Notes under the pieces: generated by a model
The model's input: only the letters and a program-made list of their open reading frames with translations
Database searches by the model: none
Told to the model about the DNA's origin: nothing
Shown: piece after piece, positions 57,541 to 64,000 of the stretch
How the letters are laid out: every line of letters begins with the position of its first letter
Numbering within the stretch: position 1 is the stretch's first letter
Translations under genes and position numbers: made by a program
Origin: Thermoanaerobaculia bacterium
GTDB taxonomy: Bacteria > Acidobacteriota > Thermoanaerobaculia > Multivoradales > JAGPDF01
Assembly: GCA_036397015.1 (NCBI GenBank)
Contig: DASWJT010000146.1
Span: 10,378-74,377, forward strand
Reading direction: 5' to 3'
DNA length: 64,000 nucleotides

Positions 57541-58092
57541 TTGATCGTCGGGCTCGGCAATCCGGGCCCCGACTACCGCGAGACACGGCACAATCTCGGT
57601 TTCCGACTCGTCGACAGGCTGGTCGAGCGCTGGCGCGCCGAGGAGTCGACGGACCTTTGCCGCTGCCGCGTCTGGCGGGCACCGGGCGCCGTGCTGGCGC
57701 AGCCGCAGACTTACATGAACCGCAGCGGCTGGGCGGTCGAGTGTCTGCTCGAGGTGCACGGTGTGGAGCCCGACCGGCTGCTCGTGGCCTTCGACGACGT
57801 GGCGCTCCCGCTCGGCGCGCTGCGCCTGCGCCCGCGCGGCGGCGCCGGCGGGCATCGCGGGCTCGAGTCGATCCTCGCCTCCCTGCGGGGCGACGCCGTG
57901 ACGCGGCTGCGCATGGGGATCGCGCCCGCGGCGGGCACGGAGCAGCACGTGGACCTCTCCGCCTTCGTGCTGGCTCCCTTCGCAGTGGAGGAGCGGGAGG
58001 CGGTCGAGAGGCTGCTCGACCGGGCGGCGGACGCGGTCGAGGTCTGGCGCGAGATGGGGATCGAGGAGGCGATGAACCGGTCGAACGGTTGA
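57541..58092 (+). CDS. pth: peptidyl-tRNA hydrolase
   Basis: (L)IVGLGNPGPDYRETRHNLGF, MNRSG, DDVALPLG. The start is TTG 57541. CTG 57526, which overlaps the rplY stop as CTGA, would give a more typical N-terminal length. Confidence 0.9.
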   Translation: MIVGLGNPGPDYRETRHNLGFRLVDRLVERWRAEESTDLCRCRVWRAPGAVLAQPQTYMNRSGWAVECLLEVHGVEPDRLLVAFDDVALPLGALRLRPRGGAGGHRGLESILASLRGDAVTRLRMGIAPAAGTEQHVDLSAFVLAPFAVEEREAVERLLDRAADAVEVWREMGIEEAMNRSNG

Positions 58093-58130
58093 GCGGCTGG
58101 CGGCCCGGCGCCCGGTTCGGCTAGAATCCG

Positions 58131-58233
58131 TGTTCCACCGGCGCGCAGCCGGCGGCGCGGTCCCGCCGGAGGGACCGCCTACCTCTCTGTTCCACCTCCG
58201 AAGAGTGGGACCTTACGGCCAAAGGGAGGCCAG
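58131..58233 (+). promoter_or_regulatory. possible structured 5' leader of rpsF-rpsR-rplI
   Basis: A TAGAAT -10-like hexamer lies just upstream at 58122-58127. The 9-nt direct repeat TGTTCCACC occurs at 58131-58139 and 58188-58196. A GC hairpin lies at 58157-58178. Hairpin GTTCCAC-(9 nt)-GTGGGAC lies at 58189-58211, just before the SD sequence AAAGGGAGG. Confidence 0.3.
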
Positions 58234-58638
58234 ATGCGAACGTACGAATTGGCGATCGTCGCCGATCCCCGCCTGAGCGACGACGAGTTCGTCGCTCTCG
58301 TCGACGAGTTCAAGGAGCTGATCGCGAACCGCGGCGGTGAGCTGGTGCGGGAAGAGAGCTGGGGCAAGCGCAAGCTCGCCTATCCGATCCACAAGCTCAC
58401 CGAGGGCCGCTACACCTTTCTCTATCTGCAGATGGCGCCCAAGGCGGCGGCGCTCATCCCGGAGGTCGAGCTGCGGCTGAAGCAGAACGACAAGGTGCTG
58501 CGCTTCCTCACGGTGCGCACCGACGTCGATCTCCAGCGCGCGGCCAACCGGGCCAAGCCCGGGCAGCCGGTGCGCACCTTCCAAGCGGAGGCGGAGCCGA
58601 TCGAGGCTGCCGCGGCGGACGAGAGCGAGGAGGAATAG
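58234..58638 (+). CDS. rpsF: 30S ribosomal protein S6
   Basis: [12 protein letters not shown]...[10 protein letters not shown], with an acidic tail. Confidence 0.96.
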   Translation: MRTYELAIVADPRLSDDEFVALVDEFKELIANRGGELVREESWGKRKLAYPIHKLTEGRYTFLYLQMAPKAAALIPEVELRLKQNDKVLRFLTVRTDVDLQRAANRAKPGQPVRTFQAEAEPIEAAAADESEEE

Positions 58639-58640
58639 GA

Positions 58641-58916
58641 ATGCCCCCTGGACGCGGTCGTTCGAGCTCGCGCACCAAGAAAGCGGCGGCGAAGCGCAAG
58701 GCCTTCTTCAAGCGCAAGAAGGTCTGTCGCTTTACCTCCGAGCACATCGAGTACATCGACTACAAGGACGTCAAGCTCCTGCAGCAGTACGTTCTCGAGC
58801 GCGCCAAGATCCTGCCGCGGCGTGTTTCCGGCACCAGCGCGCGCCACCAGCGGATGCTCCAGGCCGCCATCAAGAGGGCGCGCCACCTGGCACTTCTGCC
58901 GTTCACCACCGACTGA
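58641..58916 (+). CDS. rpsR: 30S ribosomal protein S18
   Basis: [23 protein letters not shown]...[16 protein letters not shown]. Confidence 0.96.
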   Translation: MPPGRGRSSSRTKKAAAKRKAFFKRKKVCRFTSEHIEYIDYKDVKLLQQYVLERAKILPRRVSGTSARHQRMLQAAIKRARHLALLPFTTD

Positions 58917-58925
58917 GGAGAGATC

Positions 58926-59372
58926 ATGAAAGTCATTCTCCTCGCCGATCTCCGCCACCGCGGTCGCCGCGGCCAAGTCGTCGACGTCAAGCCGGGCTAC
59001 GCGCGCAATTTTCTCCTGCCGCAGGGGCTCGCCCTCGAGGCGACCTCCGGCAACCTGAAGGTCTTCGAGCACGAGCGCAAGAAGATCGAGGCTCGCCACG
59101 CCGCCGAGCGTGAATCGGCGGCCGGGATCGCGGCGCGCATCACGGGCGTCCGCATCGCGCTGCGCAAGCGCGCCATGGAGACGGGGGCGCTCTACGGCTC
59201 GGTCACCGCGACGGAGATCGTCGAAGCCTTGGCACGCCAGGGCATCGAAGTCGACCGTCGTCAGGTCGACCTCGCCGGCGGCATCAAGACCGTGGGCGAC
59301 CACGTCGTGCGCATCGACCTCCACTCCGAGGTCGTCGCGGAAGTCGCCGTCGCTGTCGAAGCCGAAGAGTAG
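58926..59372 (+). CDS. rplI: 50S ribosomal protein L9
   Basis: MKVILLADL...GQVVDVKPGYARNFLLPQGLA. Confidence 0.96.
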   Translation: MKVILLADLRHRGRRGQVVDVKPGYARNFLLPQGLALEATSGNLKVFEHERKKIEARHAAERESAAGIAARITGVRIALRKRAMETGALYGSVTATEIVEALARQGIEVDRRQVDLAGGIKTVGDHVVRIDLHSEVVAEVAVAVEAEE

Positions 59373-59376
59373 GCGA

Positions 59377-60567
59377 ATGGCGGCAGGGGCGGACGGGCCG
59401 CACGGCGAGCCGACCATCGATCGGTTCCTCGGCGACCCGACGCGCGACCTCGCCGACTGGCGCTGGCTGTGGGACGGGGACCGCCGCTTTCCGATCCGCA
59501 GCCATCGCGGCCTGTGGGGGCGGCTGATCGTCGTCGTCAAGCGCCTGCTGCGCCCCTGGGTGAGCGCTCCGCAGAGCGATCTCTGGGAGCGTCAGCGGAT
59601 CTTCAATCTGGTGCTCCTCGAGTACGTGCAGCGCGGTGACGAGCTGCGACGCCTGGTGCTCGGTGACCACGAGGCCCGCTTCGAGTACCTGGAGGCGGTC
59701 TGGCGCGAAGGTCTCGCCGAGGTCATGGAGCACAACGACGCGCTCTTCGCGCGCGCGGACCAGAAGCTCGACCGTATGCGTCGCGAGACGCGGCGGCTGT
59801 GGAGCGGCCTGGGATCGGCGCTGGCCGTGGTCGAGCGCGGCGGGGGCCCGGCCGAGCTCGCGGCGCAGCGCGGCGACATCGATTACCTCGAGTTCGAGGA
59901 CCGCTTCCGCGGCTCGTCCGACGAGATCGCCGGACGGATCGCGCCCTATCTCGAGCACCTGCGCGGGCGCGGCGTGATCCTCGATCTCGGCTGCGGCCGG
60001 GGCGAGGCGCTCGAGATGCTGCGCGACGCCGGCGTCGACGCGCGCGGCGTCGACTCCTCGCACGCCATGGTCGCCCGCTGCCGCGAGAAGGGCCTCGCGG
60101 TCGAGCAGGGCGACGTGCTCGCCGCGCTCGAGCGTACGCTGCCCACCAGTCTGGGGGGCGTCCTCTCGATTCACGTCATCGAGCATCTGTCGCCGGCGAC
60201 GCTCGACCGTTTGGTGCGCCTGGCGTGGCGAGCCCTGGCTCCCGGCGGCAGGCTGGTCCTCGAGACGCCGAATCCGCTCTCGATGGTGGTCGCCGCTCGT
60301 AACTTCTGGGTGGATCCGACGCACCTCCGGCCGGTCCATCCGGAGACGCTCGAGCACCTGGTGAGATCGGCCGGCTTCGATCCGGTGGAGCGGCTCGAGC
60401 TGCGGCCCTTTCCGGGCGACGAGCGCCTGCCCGAGCTGCAGGTCGACGCGCTGACGCCGGAGCTGCTGCCGCTGGCGTACGAGATGAACCTGCTCCGCGA
60501 CCGGCTGGACGGTCTGCTCTTCGGCGCGCAGGACTACGCCGTCATCGGCACGCGGCCCGAGGCGTAG
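59377..60567 (+). CDS. class I SAM-dependent methyltransferase with N-terminal helical extension
   Basis: In-frame ATG at 59377. SAM motif I is VILDLGCGRGE, followed by VLSIHVIEHL and GGRLVLETPN. Confidence 0.82.
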   Translation: MAAGADGPHGEPTIDRFLGDPTRDLADWRWLWDGDRRFPIRSHRGLWGRLIVVVKRLLRPWVSAPQSDLWERQRIFNLVLLEYVQRGDELRRLVLGDHEARFEYLEAVWREGLAEVMEHNDALFARADQKLDRMRRETRRLWSGLGSALAVVERGGGPAELAAQRGDIDYLEFEDRFRGSSDEIAGRIAPYLEHLRGRGVILDLGCGRGEALEMLRDAGVDARGVDSSHAMVARCREKGLAVEQGDVLAALERTLPTSLGGVLSIHVIEHLSPATLDRLVRLAWRALAPGGRLVLETPNPLSMVVAARNFWVDPTHLRPVHPETLEHLVRSAGFDPVERLELRPFPGDERLPELQVDALTPELLPLAYEMNLLRDRLDGLLFGAQDYAVIGTRPEA

Positions 60568-60570
60568 AGG

Positions 60571-63012
60571 TCACTCGCCGTCGCGGTCGGCCGCCGCCAC
60601 CTGCTCGGCGATGGCCACCGCGGCGTCGTCCGGCAGCCGTTCGCCCGGCCGCGGCGAGTACCAGGCCAGCTGCTGGCTCCACGGCAGGGAGAGGATGGTT
60701 TCCCAGCGCGGCTCCCAGGCGCGCGTCGGCGCCGTGCCGACGAGGAACGCCTCCTCGAAAGTGCGCGGCGTGCCGGGCACGGCGGCGAGCCCGGAGTGGG
60801 GCTCGATGGCGCGCAGCTCGACACCGGACGGCACCGGAAAGCGCTCGTCGCCGGCGAGCCAGCCGTCGCGCAAGCCGGCCTCGACGAGGTCGGTCCACAT
60901 CGGCAGCGCGGCGACGGAGCCGGTCATGCGATTGCCCAGGCTCTTCTTCTGGTCGTAACCCACCCAAGTGAGCACCGTGTGACGGGTGGAGAAGCCGACG
61001 AACCAGGCGTCCGTGTAGTCGTTGGTCGTGCCGGTCTTGCCGGCGAGCGCCGCGGGCAGCGCCGCGATCGATGCGGCGGTGCCGCGGTCGATGACGCCCT
61101 CGAGCACGTGCGTCAGCACGTACGCCACCGCCGGATCCATCGCCCGGCTGGCCTCCAGCCGATGGCGGGAGAGGAGCGCGCCGTCGCGGCGTCGGATCGC
61201 CGCCACGAAGTGCGGGCGAACGGCGACTCCCTGATTGGCGATGGCGGCGTAAGCGGAGGCGACTTCGAGCGGCAGGAGGTCGGCGGAGCCGAGCGCCAGG
61301 CTGGGATAGGGCGGCAGGGGCGAGCCGAGGCCGCAACGGCGGGCGAAATCGATCACCCGGTCGACGCCGACCAGATCGAGAAGCTTGACAGAGGTGACGT
61401 TGACCGACAGCTCGAGCGCCCGGCGCAGAGGCAGGATGCCGTAGAAGCGGCGGTAGTAGTTGCGCGGCGAATAGGTGGGCAGGCCTTCGGCGCCGGCGAA
61501 GACGGCGGGCGCGTCGAGGAGCGTGTCGGCCGGCGTGAAGCCGGCCTCGAAGGCGGCGCCGAAAACGAACGGCTTGAACGCCGAACCGACTTGCCGCAGC
61601 GCCTGCGTCGCGCGATCGAACTTGCTGCGCTGGAAATCCCAACCGCCGACCAGCGCGCGCACGGCGCCGGTGGCCGATTCGAGGACGACGACGGCGCCCT
61701 CGAGCTCGGGCTCCTGCTGCACGGTCCACACCGCCGGCTCGGCCGGCTTCTCGGCATCCTGAACGGCACGAAACCAGGCGAGGTCGCCGCCGCGCAGGAT
61801 CTCCGACACCGACTTGCGGCCGGTCCAAGCGATGCCGGCGGGCGTGACGCGGACCTCGCCATCGGGCGTGCGCACGCGCGCTGTGCCGGCGTTCGACGCG
61901 AGCACCATTCCGGGCACCCAGGTGCCGGGATCCGGATTGCGGCCGGCCAGGCGCTCGATCTCGTCGGCGTCGGCGAGATGCGAGAGGCCGCGCCGCAGCG
62001 GGCCGCGCCAGCCACGGCGGCGGTCGAGACGAGTCAAGCCGTCGCGCAGGGCGCGCTCGGCGGCGGCCTGGATGCCGGCGTCGAGGGTGGTCTCGACGAG
62101 CAGGCCGTCGCGGTAGAGCCGCTCGCTGCCGAACTCGCGCTCGAGCTGCTGGCGGACCTCCTCGGCGAAATAGGGCGCCGGCTCGCGGACCGGAGCAGCG
62201 TGCGCGAGGGTGAGCGGCCACGCCGCGGCGGCGTCGTAGTCCGCGCGGGTGATGAAACCCTCCTCGAGCATCCGCCGCAGCACGTAGTTGCGACGCGAGA
62301 TCGTCTTGTCGGGGTTGCGCCGCGGGCTGTAATCGGTCGGCCGCTGCAGGATGCCGGCGAGGGTGGCGGCCTCGACCAGCTCCAGGTCGGCGACGCCATG
62401 GCCGAAATAATCGCGGGCGGCTGCCTCCATGCCGTAGTTGCCGTGACCGAGGAAGGAGAGGTTGCAATAGAGCGTCAGCACCTGCTGCTTGGAGAGCCTC
62501 TTCTCGAGCTCGACGGCGAGGAAGGTCTCGGCGATCTTGCGGTCCCACGTCTTCTCGCGCCGCCCCATCAGCGTGCGCGCGAGCTGCATGGTGATGGTCG
62601 AGGCGCCCCAACGCCGACCGTAGGCGACGTTGCCGATGACGGTGCGGACGATGCCGACGAGGTCGACTCCGCCGTGGCGGAAGAACTCCGCATCCTCGGC
62701 GGCGAGGACCGCGTTCTGCAGCAGCTCGGGGAGCGCGCCCGCTTCGATCATCTGCCGCCGCTCGCTGGCGTAGGAGGCAAAGGGCGTGCCCTCGCGGTCG
62801 AGCAGCTTGGTGATCAGTCCCGGTCGCGCGCCGACGTAGGCGTCGAGATTCGGGACGTGGATCGCCGAGGCGACGGCGACTCCGAGGACGGCGCCGGCGG
62901 CGGCGACGACCAGCGCCGCGCTCAGGAAGCGAAGCCAGCTGCTCCGGCGAGCGGACGACCCGGGAGGCGGAGACTCGAGGGAGCGCGCGGAGCGCGCCGC
63001 GGGGAAGGTCAC
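60571..63012 (-). CDS. mrcA: class A penicillin-binding protein (PBP1A; glycosyltransferase + transpeptidase)
   Basis: GT51 motifs EDAEFFRHGG and RKIAETFLAVELE. Transpeptidase motifs GSAFKPF (SxxK), SPRN (SxN) and KTGTT. I chose GTG 63012 as the start because it avoids overlap with the divergent gene. ATG 63102 is the alternative. Confidence 0.9.
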   Translation of the reverse strand: MTFPAARSARSLESPPPGSSARRSSWLRFLSAALVVAAAGAVLGVAVASAIHVPNLDAYVGARPGLITKLLDREGTPFASYASERRQMIEAGALPELLQNAVLAAEDAEFFRHGGVDLVGIVRTVIGNVAYGRRWGASTITMQLARTLMGRREKTWDRKIAETFLAVELEKRLSKQQVLTLYCNLSFLGHGNYGMEAAARDYFGHGVADLELVEAATLAGILQRPTDYSPRRNPDKTISRRNYVLRRMLEEGFITRADYDAAAAWPLTLAHAAPVREPAPYFAEEVRQQLEREFGSERLYRDGLLVETTLDAGIQAAAERALRDGLTRLDRRRGWRGPLRRGLSHLADADEIERLAGRNPDPGTWVPGMVLASNAGTARVRTPDGEVRVTPAGIAWTGRKSVSEILRGGDLAWFRAVQDAEKPAEPAVWTVQQEPELEGAVVVLESATGAVRALVGGWDFQRSKFDRATQALRQVGSAFKPFVFGAAFEAGFTPADTLLDAPAVFAGAEGLPTYSPRNYYRRFYGILPLRRALELSVNVTSVKLLDLVGVDRVIDFARRCGLGSPLPPYPSLALGSADLLPLEVASAYAAIANQGVAVRPHFVAAIRRRDGALLSRHRLEASRAMDPAVAYVLTHVLEGVIDRGTAASIAALPAALAGKTGTTNDYTDAWFVGFSTRHTVLTWVGYDQKKSLGNRMTGSVAALPMWTDLVEAGLRDGWLAGDERFPVPSGVELRAIEPHSGLAAVPGTPRTFEEAFLVGTAPTRAWEPRWETILSLPWSQQLAWYSPRPGERLPDDAAVAIAEQVAAADRDGE

Positions 63013-63050
63013 CGCGGAATTATAGACTTCGCCGCGCCGGACGAACCGAG

Positions 63051-63563
63051 ATGAGCGACCCGACGAGCCCGCCGCCGCAGCCGCCCGCGCCCTCCCGTCC
63101 ATTCACCGGCGCGCCGAGGCCGCTCGCGGGGGGCGGCTGCGGCCGTCCCCTGCTCGTCGGCTGCGGCGTGCTGGTCGTCCTGCTCGGCGTGGCGGCGATC
63201 GTCTTCGTCGCCAAGGCCAAGGACCTGCTCGCCTGGACCATGCGCGAGCTCCAGGACCAGGTCGTCACCGCGCTGCCGGAGGACATCACCGCCGAGGAGC
63301 GTGCGCGCCTCGATCGCGGCTTCGAGCGGTCGCTCGAGCGCATCTACGCGGGGGAGGTCGAGCCGCCGGCCCTCTACGCGCTGCAGCGCCAGCTGATGAA
63401 CGCGGCGGAGAAGTCGCAGGCCAAGACGCTGACGCGCGACGACGCGCTGGACCTGCTCTCGGCGCTGGAGCGGGTCGGCGGTCTGCTGCCGGCGGGCGAC
63501 GAGGGCGGTGCCGGCACGGCGGCGGAGGGCGCAGGGCCGGCGAGCGCTCCCGATCCGCCGTGA
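63051..63563 (+). CDS. hypothetical membrane-anchored protein
   Basis: 170 aa with high GC3. It has a Pro-rich N-terminus, a TM helix ([20 protein letters not shown]) and a helical soluble part. Confidence 0.6.
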   Translation: MSDPTSPPPQPPAPSRPFTGAPRPLAGGGCGRPLLVGCGVLVVLLGVAAIVFVAKAKDLLAWTMRELQDQVVTALPEDITAEERARLDRGFERSLERIYAGEVEPPALYALQRQLMNAAEKSQAKTLTRDDALDLLSALERVGGLLPAGDEGGAGTAAEGAGPASAPDPP

Positions 63564-64000
63564 GCTCCGGCTTTCGACTCGTCTCGCCGTTCGAGCCGCA
63601 GGGCGATCAGCCGCAGGCGATCGCGGCGCTCGTCGACGGGCTGGCGCGCGGCGACCGCGAGCAGGTTCTGCTCGGCGTCACCGGCTCGGGCAAGACCTTC
63701 ACCATCGCCGAGGCGATCGCCGAGTCCGGCCGGCCGGCGCTCGTCCTCTCGCACAACAAAACGCTCGCAGCGCAGCTCTACCAGGAGTTCCGCGCCTTCT
63801 TCCCGCACAACGCGGTGGAGTACTTCGTCTCTTATTACGACTATTACCAGCCGGAGGCGTACGTGCCGCAGTCGGACACGTACATCGAGAAGGAGGCGAC
63901 GATCAACGAAGAGATCGATCGCCTCCGCCTGCGCGCCACCAAGGCGCTGTTCGAGCGCCGCGACGTGATCCTCGTCGCCTCGGTGTCGTGCATCTACGGC
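63560..64000 (+). CDS. uvrB: excinuclease ABC subunit B, N-terminal part (runs off the right edge)
   Basis: The GTG at 63560 overlaps the preceding stop (GTGA). [17 protein letters not shown], Walker [25 protein letters not shown]. Confidence 0.95.
   Translation, partial: MSSGFRLVSPFEPQGDQPQAIAALVDGLARGDREQVLLGVTGSGKTFTIAEAIAESGRPALVLSHNKTLAAQLYQEFRAFFPHNAVEYFVSYYDYYQPEAYVPQSDTYIEKEATINEEIDRLRLRATKALFERRDVILVASVSCIYG

Overview
This is a very GC-rich, very gene-dense bacterial chromosomal segment. The envelope genes are Gram-negative type: MurJ, a class A PBP, a LolB-like lipoprotein, OM beta-barrels and a MacB-type exporter. I support 63 protein-coding genes (two cut by the window edges) and one tRNA-Gln(UUG). 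I saw no rRNA, CRISPR array, transposase, integrase or prophage genes, and the content is mostly core housekeeping.

Gene blocks from left to right:
- speA-malQ-speB operon (minus strand).
- TPM protein, rhomboid protease and an ABCB-type exporter.
- SDR, a small ORF and a molybdopterin oxidoreductase.
- OsmC, CDF transporter and GH38 mannosidase.
- murJ coupled to a transglutaminase-like TPR lipoprotein.
- MacA-like adaptor, two FtsX permeases and an ATPase.
- A metal-uptake island: His/Cys-rich small protein, porin, ZnuA-like and ZnuB-like genes, with no ATPase.
- M48 protease and GNAT.
- A long minus-strand string: trxB, ChlI-like AAA+, VWA, GcvT-like protein and a pseudo-receiver/PilZ protein.
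- Ferritin.
- psd-pssA followed by a catalytically degenerate Asd-like gene.
- tsaB-rimI, mutS-nagZ, ssb and dtd.
- IHF/HU followed by an M50 protease.
- TPR, LolB-like, ispE, spoVG, tRNA-Gln, prs, rplY, pth, rpsF, rpsR, rplI.
- Methyltransferase, PBP1A and uvrB.

I found no clear mobile or defence-type novel system. The points most worth a second look:
1. The M50 protease ORF has no stop codon where its family normally ends, and it reads antisense across the whole dtd gene.
2. Several genes have conserved N-termini upstream of any ATG/GTG/TTG. The best case is a CTG with a perfect GAGGAG Shine-Dalgarno sequence in front of the ABC exporter.
3. A dead Asd/USG-1 paralog is translationally coupled to the phosphatidylserine pathway.
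4. An orphan ChlI/ChlD-like AAA+/VWA pair is coupled to trxB.
5. The ZnuAB-type island has a porin and a His/Cys-rich small protein but no ATPase.
6. There are two candidate c-di-GMP receptor proteins, one PilZ-type and one MshEN-like.

The many 1000+ aa ORFs in the track are shadow frames typical of high-GC DNA, and I rejected them. All similarity calls were made by eye from motifs; no searches were run.
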